From the IMG/VR virus record IMGVR_UViG_3300020388_000010: a stretch of DNA of 64,000 bases. One strand, given 5' to 3'. Positions within the stretch are counted from its first letter, which is position 1, and every line of letters begins with the position of its first letter. Source of the stretch: a virus. Taxonomy: Duplodnaviria; Caudoviricetes. Made by a program: the position numbers and the translations under genes. A model generated the notes under the pieces. The model was not told the DNA's origin, made no database searches, and saw only the letters and a program-made list of their open reading frames with translations. This document shows, piece after piece, positions 19,764 to 29,858 of the stretch.

Positions 19764-19926
19764 TGAGAAGCCGTTCATAAGACTTCTCAATGACACAATA
19801 TAGTATACCTACCCTAGAGTGTCATAAATAAATAGAGTTATGGGGTTCTCTATAAAAAACCCCAACTTTATGAGTTGCCTTTTTGGGACTCAATATTAAT
19901 CTTGCTTAAAGAAGGAGATAGATATG
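19764..19926 (+). ncRNA. Structured 5' leader ending in a ROSE-like RNA thermometer
   Basis: Four upstream inverted repeats plus AUCUUGCUU pairing with AAGGAGAU (the SD) with a bulged G. Confidence 0.7.
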
Positions 19927-20352
19927 AATACTTTAGCAACATTAGACCGTAATAGGTTAACACCGTATACAGTTGGTTTTGATAGTCTATTTGATAGACT
20001 TTTTGATACTGACTTTCATACAACAAGTGGTGGATTCCCACCATATAACATAGTCAAAAATGATGACTACAACTATCAAATTGAGATGGCCTTGGCTGGT
20101 TATTCCAAAAAAGACATTGATATTGAACTAAAGGAAGGAACTTTAAGTATCTCATCTAAAAAAATAGAAGGTGATACAAATGAGAATACTTTAATACACA
20201 GAGGTATTTCTCACAAAAGTTTCAAAAGAAGTTTTACTTTATCAGATGAGATGAAAGTGAAAGGTGCAAAAATGGAAAATGGAATGTTATACATTGCATT
20301 AGAAAGAATTGTGCCTGACCACAAAAAACCTCAAACGATACAAGTAAAATAA
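19924..20352 (+). CDS. hsp20: Small heat shock protein (IbpA-like)
   Basis: FPPYNI, IEMALAGY, HRGIS...FKRSFTL and GAKMENGML motifs. Confidence 0.96.
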   Translation: MNTLATLDRNRLTPYTVGFDSLFDRLFDTDFHTTSGGFPPYNIVKNDDYNYQIEMALAGYSKKDIDIELKEGTLSISSKKIEGDTNENTLIHRGISHKSFKRSFTLSDEMKVKGAKMENGMLYIALERIVPDHKKPQTIQVK

Positions 20353-20359
20353 ATTTATC

Positions 20360-20395
20360 GGTGGGGTTGACAAAACCCCACCTTTATTATATAAT
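20360..20395 (+). terminator. Hairpin terminator overlapping a sigma70 promoter
   Basis: GGTGGGGTT-GACAA-AACCCCACC-TTT; TTGACA (20367) to TATAAT (20390) with 17-nt spacer. Confidence 0.65.
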
Positions 20396-20401
20396 GATTA
20401 T

Positions 20402-20644
20402 ATGAAAAAAATAGATAATGTTAACCACCCACCACATTACAATCAACAAAAAATTGAATGTATAGATGCAATAGAATGTGCAACTGGTGATGGTTTTGAA
20501 AGCTATCTTCAAGGTAATATATTAAAATACATTTGGAGATATAATTATAAAAATGGTACTGAGGACTTAAAGAAAGCCCAATGGTACTTAAATAAACTTA
20601 TTGAAGTGAAGGAACTAAATAATGAAATTGTCAAATCAGACTAA
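20402..20644 (+). CDS. DUF3310 family protein
   Basis: DNVNHPPHY, IECIDAI, GNILKYIWRY..KNGTEDLKKAQWYL. Confidence 0.88.
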   Translation: MKKIDNVNHPPHYNQQKIECIDAIECATGDGFESYLQGNILKYIWRYNYKNGTEDLKKAQWYLNKLIEVKELNNEIVKSD

Positions 20645-21296
20645 AGAGATATTAAAAAACTATTCTCAAATCAATCAAAACATTTTAATCAAACAAGGTA
20701 ATCAGTTAAAAACTGTATCTGCAATGAAAAACATTGTTGCATCTGCAACTGTTCCAGATGAGTTCTCACAAGAGATTCCTATCTACAATCTAAATGAATA
20801 TCTTGCAGCTATGTCTTTATTTAAAGAACCAATTTTATCTTTTAATGATAAGTATATGACTATCGCAGAAGAAGATAATAGTTCAAGTTGTAAGTATCAT
20901 TATTCTGACCCATCTGTTATCGTTACAGTTGATAAAGAAATTAGTATGCCATCTGTTGATGCAGAGGTTGATATCACAGAAGTAAATCTAAAGAAAGTTA
21001 TTACTGCAGCTGGCACATTAGGTGTATCTGATTTAGTATTAACTGGTCAAAAAGATAGTACAATACAACTAAAAGTAAAAGATAAAAAGAACAAAGCATC
21101 AAATGATTTTGCAATCACAATCGGTAGTGGTGCATCTGCATTTTTTGAATTTTATTTCAAAGTAGAAAATCTAAAACTATTGCCTGGTGATTATAAAGTA
21201 CAAGTTTCATCTAAAGGTATTTCTTATTTCCAACATAAGAATTTAGATGTATCATATTTTATTGCATTAGAACCAGAATCAACATACAATTCATAG
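20622..21296 (+). CDS. gp45: Sliding clamp
   Basis: MKLS..T..ILKNYSQIN, FKVENLKLLPGDY and YFIALE motifs. Confidence 0.95.
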   Translation: MKLSNQTKEILKNYSQINQNILIKQGNQLKTVSAMKNIVASATVPDEFSQEIPIYNLNEYLAAMSLFKEPILSFNDKYMTIAEEDNSSSCKYHYSDPSVIVTVDKEISMPSVDAEVDITEVNLKKVITAAGTLGVSDLVLTGQKDSTIQLKVKDKKNKASNDFAITIGSGASAFFEFYFKVENLKLLPGDYKVQVSSKGISYFQHKNLDVSYFIALEPESTYNS

Positions 21297-21305
21297 GGGA
21301 GTTAA

Positions 21306-22259
21306 ATGAATAACACCTTTTTATGGGTTGAGAAGTATAGACCTAAAACTATACAAGATTGTATATTACCAGAAACTCTAAAGAAAACTTTTTCTGAGTT
21401 TGTTAAAAATGGTATTCCTAATCTATTACTAACAGGCGGGCCTGGTGTTGGTAAAACAACAGTTGCAAAAGCAATGTTAGAACAAATAGGTTATGATTAT
21501 ATTATGATTAACGGTTCTGAAGAATCTGGTATTGATGTACTTCGTAATAAAATGAAAAACTTTGCATCTACTATGTCGTTAGAGGGTAGTAGAAAGTTTA
21601 TCATTATTGATGAGGCAGATTATCTAAATGCACAATCAACACAACCAGCACTTCGTGGTATGATAGAGGAGTTTCACAAGAACTGTGGATTTATTCTTAC
21701 TTGTAATTTTAAGAATAGAATCATAGAACCTTTACATAGTCGTTGTAGTGTGGTTGAATTTAATATTCCAAAAACTGAAAAACCAACACTTGCAAGAGAG
21801 TTTATGACAAGTATTGAAAATGTTCTCAAAACAGAGAGAGTAAATGATAAAAAAATAAAGTATGATGAAAGAGTTGTACAAGAACTAATTATAAAGTTCT
21901 TTCCAGATTGGAGAAGATGTCTTAATGAATTACAAAGATATTCTACCTCTGGACAAATTGATAGTGGAATATTAGTAAACCTTTCTGAAAAGAATATGAG
22001 AGATTTAATCACATTCTTGAGAGAGAAAGATTTTACAAGTATGAGAAAGTGGGTTGTTAATAATTTAGATAACGACCCTGCTAGAATATTTAGAAAAATG
22101 TATGACAATCTTTATGAGTATTTTGAAGATGGTCGTTCAATCGCAACAGCAGTTTTATTGATTGCAGACTATCAATACAAAGCTGCATTTGTTGCCGACC
22201 AAGAAATTAATTTACTTGCTTGTCTAACACAGTTGATGGGTGAATGTAAATTTAAATAG
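21306..22259 (+). CDS. gp44: Clamp loader large subunit
   Basis: WVEKYRP, GPGVGKT, IIDEAD, LHSRC. Confidence 0.96.
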   Translation: MNNTFLWVEKYRPKTIQDCILPETLKKTFSEFVKNGIPNLLLTGGPGVGKTTVAKAMLEQIGYDYIMINGSEESGIDVLRNKMKNFASTMSLEGSRKFIIIDEADYLNAQSTQPALRGMIEEFHKNCGFILTCNFKNRIIEPLHSRCSVVEFNIPKTEKPTLAREFMTSIENVLKTERVNDKKIKYDERVVQELIIKFFPDWRRCLNELQRYSTSGQIDSGILVNLSEKNMRDLITFLREKDFTSMRKWVVNNLDNDPARIFRKMYDNLYEYFEDGRSIATAVLLIADYQYKAAFVADQEINLLACLTQLMGECKFK

Positions 22260-22267
22260 GAGTTATT

Positions 22268-23032
22268 ATGGTTGATACAAATGAACAGGCAATTAATCTT
22301 GCAAAAGATATTAAGATGTCAATGGTTACTAAACCAGCATTAAATATGTTGGAAGTATTTTTACCAGAATATGTTACAGATGAATTTAATGAGTATATTG
22401 ATGGTGTAAGAGGAAGTGCAAAAAGTTTTTCACACGAACTTGTAGGACAAATTAAAGCAAATAAAAAGTCTGCACAATTAGATATGAACTTTGAAGATAA
22501 GCCAGTAAAAGGTTTGAAAGCACTTCTTGAAGGTTTTACACTTTCATATCTACAATTTTTAGGTTGTGCAGATGCAAAAAGTGATTGTGTATCTATGTGG
22601 TCAGTACATAGTTATGAAGGTGATTATAATCCACTACACGATCACGGTGTTAATACACCTACTGGAATGTCTTGTATTTTATATTTAAAAGTACCACCAC
22701 AGATAGAAAAATTATCTGGTAGTGCAAAAGAATACGAGACTGGTGGACTTAAACTAGATTTAAATAATGCATCTGGTACTACTGATGGTTTCACATTTTT
22801 TAGTTGGGGTATGAACTGCACTAGTGATATTAAACAATTAAAACCAGTTCAAGAAGCATTTGTAAAACCAGAAGTTGGTAAACTATTAATGTTTCCTAAT
22901 TGGTTAAAACACTCTGTATCACCATTTTATGGTGAAGGAGAAAGAAGAACTTTATCTGCAAACTTTGAGATAGAATTAAAAACTATGCCTTTACTTGCAG
23001 ACCAAAAGATACTTGCACAGAGCCCACAATAA
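22268..23032 (+). CDS. Putative 2OG-Fe(II) oxygenase
   Basis: YNPLHDH...SCILYL...MFPNWLKHSVSPF...RRTLSAN. Confidence 0.82.
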   Translation: MVDTNEQAINLAKDIKMSMVTKPALNMLEVFLPEYVTDEFNEYIDGVRGSAKSFSHELVGQIKANKKSAQLDMNFEDKPVKGLKALLEGFTLSYLQFLGCADAKSDCVSMWSVHSYEGDYNPLHDHGVNTPTGMSCILYLKVPPQIEKLSGSAKEYETGGLKLDLNNASGTTDGFTFFSWGMNCTSDIKQLKPVQEAFVKPEVGKLLMFPNWLKHSVSPFYGEGERRTLSANFEIELKTMPLLADQKILAQSPQ

Positions 23033-23433
23033 TGGCATATGAATTAAAAGAGTATCTGAATTCTTTAAACTTTAATAAGAATAATCTTATGGACGGTGAG
23101 GACGATATGTACGAAAAAAAGTATAGTCCTTTTATTGTAAATAAATGTCTTGCACCACATAATGATTGTATATTATTAGTGAATGAAATGAATCGTTATG
23201 GTTCAGTTTTAGACAAAGACAAGAAGTTGCAATATGACTTTTTACTAAATACTATAAGAACAAGAAAAAGATATGCCCCTTGGATAAGGGAAAGCAAATC
23301 TAAAAATCTTGAGTATGTAAAAGAATATTATGGATATAATAACTCTAAAGCTAAATCAATTCTTGACATACTTAACGATAAACAAATAGAGTTTATCAAA
23401 AGTAAACTGAATAAAGGTGGAATGAAAAAATGA
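23032..23433 (+). CDS. gp62: Clamp loader small subunit
   Basis: YSPFIVNKCL, LQYDFLLN and VKEYYGYN..KA motifs. Confidence 0.93.
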   Translation: MAYELKEYLNSLNFNKNNLMDGEDDMYEKKYSPFIVNKCLAPHNDCILLVNEMNRYGSVLDKDKKLQYDFLLNTIRTRKRYAPWIRESKSKNLEYVKEYYGYNNSKAKSILDILNDKQIEFIKSKLNKGGMKK

Positions 23434-23855
23434 ACGAAACTTTATGGAACACAGATAAGATGTTAGAAGTTTCTTTGAAAGAACCAGATGATTTTTTAAA
23501 GGTTAGGGAAACACTTTCCAGAATCGGAGTATCATCTAGAAAAGAAAAGAAACTTTTTCAATCTTGTCACATACTACACAAACAAGGCAAATATTACATA
23601 GTTCACTTCAAAGAACTATTTGCACTTGATGGTAAAGAGCACAACATATCAGATAACGATATAGGAAGAAGAAATTCTATAGCCTGTCTTTTAAAAGATT
23701 GGGGACTAGTTAGTTTTGAGAACGAACCAGAAACCAAAGCTCCACTATCACAAATAAAAGTTATCTCTTTTAAAGAAAAAGGTGATTGGATTTTAGAACC
23801 AAAATATAATATAGGAAAAAAGAAAGAGGAAACTGATGAGCCAAAAAGCGATTAA
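23430..23855 (+). CDS. regA: Translational repressor RegA
   Basis: DDFLKVRETLSRIG and QSCHILHKQGKYYIVHFKELF motifs. Confidence 0.97.
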   Translation: MNETLWNTDKMLEVSLKEPDDFLKVRETLSRIGVSSRKEKKLFQSCHILHKQGKYYIVHFKELFALDGKEHNISDNDIGRRNSIACLLKDWGLVSFENEPETKAPLSQIKVISFKEKGDWILEPKYNIGKKKEETDEPKSD

Positions 23856-24075
23856 ACAAAAATTAAAATCTGCATTTTTACTTCACTCTGAAGGACATAT
23901 TAAGAAACACCTTGCAAATGTTGAGGTGTTACTTGACAATCCAAGAGGCATTGGTGAACACGGTGATATCGTAAGTGAAATAGAAAAAGAACTGCACGAG
24001 GTCGCTAAATATGAAGATTTAATTGAGGCAATGAACAAATACTTTCCAGAGGAAAAAGATTTAATTGAGGGTTGA
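23836..24075 (+). CDS. Hypothetical protein
   Basis: ANVEVLLDNPRGIGEH motif; coupled ORF. Confidence 0.65.
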   Translation: MSQKAIKQKLKSAFLLHSEGHIKKHLANVEVLLDNPRGIGEHGDIVSEIEKELHEVAKYEDLIEAMNKYFPEEKDLIEG

Positions 24076-24105
24076 CTATTTTTAAAAAGGTGATATAGTT
24101 ATATT

Positions 24106-26595
24106 ATGGATTTTTATACTAATGTAGTGCAATGGGGTAATTTTCTTTTAGTTCGTGGTGTTGATAAAAATCAAAGAGTAAGTTTTAGATTAAAATACAA
24201 ACCAACTTTGTTTGTTCCAGTAATGAAACAAACGGATTGGAAAACTCTTGATGGTAAATCAGTAACACCATATCAATTTGATTGTATAAAAGATGCAAAG
24301 GACTTTTTTCTCAAATACGAAAGTCAGCCTCATCTTGTTCACGGACTAAACAGATTTGCATACACATATATTTCAGATACATTTCCACAGAAGGTAAACT
24401 GGAACATTGATAAACTATTAATTATGACGATTGATATTGAGGTTCAATGTGAGAATGGTTTTCCTAATCCAGAATCTGCAATAGAACCTTTACTTTCTAT
24501 TACAGTTAAAGACCAACAATCTAAAAAAATTATAGTGTGGGGTATTCAACCTTACGAGAATACAAGAGAAAATGTTACTTATATTCGTTGTCCTAACGAA
24601 CACGATTTGATTATGGAGTTTATGTCTTTCTGGACAAAGAACTATCCAGATGTTATTACTGGTTGGAATACAGACTTCTTTGATATTCCTTATCTTGCAA
24701 ATAGAATCAAACAAGTTTGTGGTGAAGATAAAATGCGAGAACTATCACCTTGGAAAAATGTTAGTGCAAGAAAAATATATAGTATGGGTAGAAATCATTT
24801 GATGTATGACATTATGGGTGTATCTCAATATGATTATTTACAACTCTATCAAAAGTTTACTTACACCAGACAAGAATCATACAAGTTAGATTATATTGCA
24901 AGTGTAGAGCTTGGTGAAAAGAAAGATGAAAATCCATACGAAACATTTAGAGAGTGGTATGAAAAAGACTTTCAATCTTTCATTGATTATAATATTCAAG
25001 ATGTGGAAATAGTTGACAAACTAGAAGACAAGATGGGTTTGATTGACCTTGCACTTACTATGGCCTATGAGGGTAAAGTAAATTATTCAGATGTGTTTGG
25101 TCAAGTTAAATATTGGGATATTTTAATCTATAACTTCTTGAGAAAAAGAAAGATTGTTATACCACAGAAAAAGTCTTATAACAAAAACGAACAATATGAA
25201 GGTGCATATGTAAAAGAACCGATTACTGGTTTACATAAGTGGGTTGTATCATTTGATTTGAATTCACTATATCCACATTTAATTATGCAATATAATCTCT
25301 CACCAGAAACATTATTGAAAAGTAAACATCAAGACATTACAGTTGATGATATGTTAAAAGGTATTAAACTAGACATACCAGATAGAACTACTATGACACC
25401 AAATGGTGCATTGTTTAGAACAGATAAAAAAGGTTTCTTACCAACTATGATGGAAGAGTTATACAATGAACGAGTGACTTACAAAAAGAAAATGTTATCT
25501 GCACAACAAGAATTTGAAAACACAAAAGACAACAAGTATAAAAAACTGATAAGTCGTTATAACAATATTCAGATGGCTCGTAAGATTTCTTTGAACTCTG
25601 CTTATGGTGCAATAGGTAATCAATATTTTCGTTATTACGATAAAGCGATTGCAGAGGGTATTACAAAGAGTGGTCAATTATCTATTCGTTGGATTGAAAA
25701 CAAACTTAACAAATATCTAAACAATGTTTTAAAAACAGATGATGATTATGTGATTGCATCTGATACCGACTCTGTTTATTTGACTATGGATAAACTTGTT
25801 AGTGAAACAATTAAAAGTGATAATGCACTTAGTAAAACAATAAACTTTCTAGACAAGGTTGCATCAGAATCTATTGAACCATACATTACAAAATCGTATG
25901 ACGAACTTAAACAATACACAAATGCATATGCAAATAAGATGTTTATGAAACGAGAAGTGATTGCAGACAAAGGTATTTGGGTTGCAAAGAAAAGATATAT
26001 TCTAAATGTTTGGGATAGTGAAGGTGTATCATACAAAGAAGCAAAGTTGAAGATGATGGGTATTGAAGCTGTCAAGTCATCAACGCCTGCAATGTGTAGA
26101 CAAAAGATTAAAGATGCACTTGAACTTATAATGACAAGTGATGAAAAAGAATTAAACAAGTTTGTAATTAATTTTAGAGAAGAGTTTCTTAAAGTAAAAC
26201 CAGAATTGATTTCGTTTCCTCGTTCAGTAAATGGTTTATCAAAATACTTTGATAGTGGAACAACATTTAAAAAGTCAACACCTATGCATATCAAAGGTGC
26301 ATTGATATACAATCATAAGATAAAACAAAATAAACTTATAAACAAATACCCTTTGATACAAGAGGGTGATAAGATTAAGTTTGTTTATTTAAAACAACCT
26401 AATCCATTTACTTCAAATGTAATCACATACATTACTAAACTTCCTAAAGAATTTGATATACACAGTTTTGTTGATTATGATATACAGTTTGAAAAAGTTT
26501 TCATTGACCCCTTGACATTAATTTTAAATAGTATAAAATGGAATATAGATAGAACTTATGGAACACAAGGTAACTTAGAGGATTTTTTTGGGTAA
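24106..26595 (+). CDS. gp43: DNA polymerase, family B
   Basis: DIEV exonuclease motif; SFDLNSLYP, KISLNSAYG, SDTDS, KKRY. Confidence 0.99.
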   Translation: MDFYTNVVQWGNFLLVRGVDKNQRVSFRLKYKPTLFVPVMKQTDWKTLDGKSVTPYQFDCIKDAKDFFLKYESQPHLVHGLNRFAYTYISDTFPQKVNWNIDKLLIMTIDIEVQCENGFPNPESAIEPLLSITVKDQQSKKIIVWGIQPYENTRENVTYIRCPNEHDLIMEFMSFWTKNYPDVITGWNTDFFDIPYLANRIKQVCGEDKMRELSPWKNVSARKIYSMGRNHLMYDIMGVSQYDYLQLYQKFTYTRQESYKLDYIASVELGEKKDENPYETFREWYEKDFQSFIDYNIQDVEIVDKLEDKMGLIDLALTMAYEGKVNYSDVFGQVKYWDILIYNFLRKRKIVIPQKKSYNKNEQYEGAYVKEPITGLHKWVVSFDLNSLYPHLIMQYNLSPETLLKSKHQDITVDDMLKGIKLDIPDRTTMTPNGALFRTDKKGFLPTMMEELYNERVTYKKKMLSAQQEFENTKDNKYKKLISRYNNIQMARKISLNSAYGAIGNQYFRYYDKAIAEGITKSGQLSIRWIENKLNKYLNNVLKTDDDYVIASDTDSVYLTMDKLVSETIKSDNALSKTINFLDKVASESIEPYITKSYDELKQYTNAYANKMFMKREVIADKGIWVAKKRYILNVWDSEGVSYKEAKLKMMGIEAVKSSTPAMCRQKIKDALELIMTSDEKELNKFVINFREEFLKVKPELISFPRSVNGLSKYFDSGTTFKKSTPMHIKGALIYNHKIKQNKLINKYPLIQEGDKIKFVYLKQPNPFTSNVITYITKLPKEFDIHSFVDYDIQFEKVFIDPLTLILNSIKWNIDRTYGTQGNLEDFFG

Positions 26596-27787
26596 TTATT
26601 TTAGATATACATTAGACGATTTAGAAAAGTCTGCAAATAGAAAACTATTTAATTTTATCAGCTTCTTTGCTGGTGGAGGTGGTTCTTCTTGTGGATATAA
26701 ATTATCTGGTGGTGAATGTTTATTTGTAAATGAGTTTCAACAAGTTGCAGTAAATGATTATCTTGCAAACTTTCCAAACACACAACATATCTGTGGTGAT
26801 ATTAAAAATGTCACTGGTCAAAAGATTATGGAAATGACTGGATTAAAGCCTGGTGAGTTAGATATATTAGATGGTTCACCACCTTGTCCACCATTTAGTA
26901 TGTCTGGTACAAAACAAAAAGGTTGGAATCAAGAAAAAACTGCATATGGTATGAAACAAAAAAACATTGAAGATTTAACTTGGGAACAAATTAGAATTGT
27001 TGGTGATTTAAAACCTAGAGTTGTTGTTTGTGAAAATGTTAAAGGTTTAACAATGGATTATGCAAGAGATCATTTAAATAGAATGGTTAAAGATTTTGAA
27101 TCACACGGATATCATACAGTATGGAGAGTTTTAAAAGGACACGAACACGGAGTTCCACAAAAGAGAGAAAGAGTTTTTATAGTATCAGTTAGAGAAGATG
27201 TATTAGATGATATAGGTTTACCTTTTATGTGTTTAGATAGTTCTATATTTCCAGACCCAAAAGAAGAAAGATATAATATTAAAGATGCAATATATGATAT
27301 ACAAAAGACAAATAAAAATATATCTGAAGCATTTGAATTAAAAGAGTCTATGAAGAAAAGTGCTAAATATAAGTGGTTAAAAAGATTACAAAAGAATCCA
27401 GACAAAGTTATGTCTGTTGGTGATGATGTTGTCGGGCCTTGGTATAGAAAAGTAATTGAACATAGAAAGAAGTGGGGTAAAAGTGAATGGAAAGAAAAAC
27501 ATAGTTTTTATCAATCAAGAAGAGTGCCTTGGAATCAACCAAGTCATACTCTATCAGAACAAGGATTAAGACAATCTCTTGCAGTTCATTTACACCCAGA
27601 AGAAGATAGAGTTTTTACTACTATTGAGGCTGCAAGAATAATGACATTACCAGAAGATTATAAACTTGTTGGTAAATTAGATGACAACCTTGCGAGGATA
27701 GGGTTGATGGTTGCACCTTTACAATTACATTATCTATCAAAAAAGATTTATGAAAATATCCTAAAACCATATAAGGAGACAAAATGA
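26588..27787 (+). CDS. DNA (cytosine-5) methyltransferase
   Basis: FFAGGGG (motif I), GSPPCPPFS (IV), ENV (VI), PQKRERVF (VIII); TTG start after GAGGA. Confidence 0.93.
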   Translation: MGNYFRYTLDDLEKSANRKLFNFISFFAGGGGSSCGYKLSGGECLFVNEFQQVAVNDYLANFPNTQHICGDIKNVTGQKIMEMTGLKPGELDILDGSPPCPPFSMSGTKQKGWNQEKTAYGMKQKNIEDLTWEQIRIVGDLKPRVVVCENVKGLTMDYARDHLNRMVKDFESHGYHTVWRVLKGHEHGVPQKRERVFIVSVREDVLDDIGLPFMCLDSSIFPDPKEERYNIKDAIYDIQKTNKNISEAFELKESMKKSAKYKWLKRLQKNPDKVMSVGDDVVGPWYRKVIEHRKKWGKSEWKEKHSFYQSRRVPWNQPSHTLSEQGLRQSLAVHLHPEEDRVFTTIEAARIMTLPEDYKLVGKLDDNLARIGLMVAPLQLHYLSKKIYENILKPYKETK

Positions 27788-28764
27788 AAAAAATAGTATT
27801 AGAAAAAGATTATGGTAAGAAAGAAACATTTGAAAAATGGAATGGTAAATTCTTAGATGATTCATCTTATGATAAAGTTTACAAAGTTACACAAAAAGAA
27901 GATTTAGGAATAATGAAACCAGTAAGGTCATTAGATGGTTCTGATGTTCCCCTTGCATATGTTGTAAACAATGTATATCCTAATGATGATATTAGAGATG
28001 TTCTCACAACAATAGAAGATACATCTACAATGAGAGCAAATTGTTCTGGGCCTATTGATAAAGAAGAAATGAAGAAAAAAGGTTTGATAGAGGGTGAACA
28101 TTATAAATTAAGAACACCAAACTCTTATTATGTAAAAACCAAATCTGGTAAATGGGGTATGATTGCATACAGTAATGAAATACATTCAGTAATGATAGGA
28201 TATAAAAGAGGAAGATTTACTGGTGCAATAGATTCATCTGGTTGGTGTAAAGATAATAAAGAGAGATGGGAAAGACTTCAAGAGATATCTAAATGGAATG
28301 AGATTGCATTTAAGAAAGCAAACGAACAAGTATACAAATCTCAAAAGAGTTTTGCAGATAATAACATAAAACCAGAACATAGAGTTGGTGGTGGTATATT
28401 TACAACACTTTCTGCAAATAGATATTCTGCATATCAATCTACAAAGATGTCTGCACATATTGATAGTGGAGATACAGATGCTGGACTTACATCAATGTGC
28501 GTTTTCAGAGAAGGTGATTATGAGGGTGCATACTTAGTGTTTCCTAGATATGGAGTTGCTCTTGATGCACCAGATAACTCAGTAATCATTGCAGATAGTA
28601 ATGAAGTACACGGAGTTACAGAGATAAGAGGTTCTGGACAAAGGTTTAGTTGTGTTGCATATTGTGATAGAAGACTCGCAACAGTAGGTGTTTATGGTAA
28701 ACAAGAAAAACTTATTGGTAAGTATGCAGCTAAAGAAAGTGGAAACTTAGAAGAATTTATGTAA
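27784..28764 (+). CDS. TET/JBP-family 2OG-Fe(II) dioxygenase
   Basis: AHIDSGD (HxD), GAYLVFPRYGVALD, EVHGVTEI (H), RFSCVAY (R); overlaps the C5-MTase stop. Confidence 0.8.
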   Translation: MKKIVLEKDYGKKETFEKWNGKFLDDSSYDKVYKVTQKEDLGIMKPVRSLDGSDVPLAYVVNNVYPNDDIRDVLTTIEDTSTMRANCSGPIDKEEMKKKGLIEGEHYKLRTPNSYYVKTKSGKWGMIAYSNEIHSVMIGYKRGRFTGAIDSSGWCKDNKERWERLQEISKWNEIAFKKANEQVYKSQKSFADNNIKPEHRVGGGIFTTLSANRYSAYQSTKMSAHIDSGDTDAGLTSMCVFREGDYEGAYLVFPRYGVALDAPDNSVIIADSNEVHGVTEIRGSGQRFSCVAYCDRRLATVGVYGKQEKLIGKYAAKESGNLEEFM

Positions 28765-28868
28765 CTACACATTTTGCAGACCCTTATATAGTGGTATTAT
28801 TGAGAGAGTGTGTTATATTAAAATAGAATCACAATTAAGTGATATCCATTAAAACAAAAGGAGTTAAG

Positions 28869-29855
28869 ATGGAAATTAAAAAAAAGGCAATATCAGCCTC
28901 AGAAGAAATATTAGGATTTAATCCTAAATCAAAAGAAGAAGATATCTTTAGAGTTGTAATGACACCAAAAATGGCAAGGTATATTCTTAATAATCATAAT
29001 AAACATAACAGAAAGTTTGTTCCAGCTCAATTAAAAGCAATAAACCTTAGTGTAGACAGACATAACTGGTTACACACTGGTGATACTTGTGCATTTGATA
29101 CAACTGGCAATTTAACTGAGTTTCAACATAGACTAGAAAATATTGCAGCTGAAAGAAAAAACAGAGTTGTTTGGATTGCAACTGGTGTTAGAAAAGATAG
29201 TTTTGAAAAGGCTGCACCAGCAAAAAACCGAACTAAGTTTGATGTTGTATGGCGTTATGAAAAAAGTGCAACAAAAGATGAGGTCACTACCTTAGAACAA
29301 GTTTTAAGAATGAGAAAAGGGAAGGACAAACAATCTATTGATACCGAAACTTTAACAATGGTAAATGCACTAAGTTTATTTAGAGTATGGAAAGAATATA
29401 TTCGTATAGGTATGAACATAACCAATAAATTTTTTGAAGATAAAAAAGTTAGAAGATTTTTACCTTGGCAAAGAATTTTAAATGCTTGGGCAACAATTTT
29501 AGTCTTTCAAGGTAAAGATGAAATACCAAAAAACTTTTTATCACTACTTAAAACTCATCTCACAACAACAAAAAAAGTTCAACTCTTTACAGAAATGAAT
29601 GAGTATTTTCTTGGAGATGAGGGTAAAGGTGTCGGTTGGATTACTGGAACAAAAAAATCTGAACAGATGTTTTATATGTTATGTAAAGCCACAGATAGAT
29701 TTTTAATCGCACCAGAAGGTGATTGTGAGTTCGGTTTAAGTCTTGCAGAATCTAATCACACAAATATGCTTCAACAGAGTTCAACTTATAGAAGTTTTTT
29801 AATGAATCCTCAAGGATTAAAATTAAAAACTAAAAACATAGTAACTTTATTTTAG
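28869..29855 (+). CDS. Hypothetical protein with ParB/DGQHR-like N-terminal domain
   Basis: MTPKMARYIL...NR...W..TGD...GNLTEFQHRL; AAGGAG RBS before ATG 28869. Confidence 0.55.
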   Translation: MEIKKKAISASEEILGFNPKSKEEDIFRVVMTPKMARYILNNHNKHNRKFVPAQLKAINLSVDRHNWLHTGDTCAFDTTGNLTEFQHRLENIAAERKNRVVWIATGVRKDSFEKAAPAKNRTKFDVVWRYEKSATKDEVTTLEQVLRMRKGKDKQSIDTETLTMVNALSLFRVWKEYIRIGMNITNKFFEDKKVRRFLPWQRILNAWATILVFQGKDEIPKNFLSLLKTHLTTTKKVQLFTEMNEYFLGDEGKGVGWITGTKKSEQMFYMLCKATDRFLIAPEGDCEFGLSLAESNHTNMLQQSSTYRSFLMNPQGLKLKTKNIVTLF

Positions 29856-29858
29856 ATT

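Noticed and set aside
26581-26595. T7 run at the gp43/MTase overlap as a programmed frameshift producing a polymerase-MTase fusion
   Set aside because: The MTase is in the +1 frame, not -1; it has its own GAGGA SD and TTG start; the run encodes the FF of the clamp-binding-like tail.
24106-26595. Intron or intein in DNA polymerase (also considered for nrdJ, gp41, gp46)
   Set aside because: The ORFs are continuous and of ordinary length, with no splice-junction or homing endonuclease motifs.
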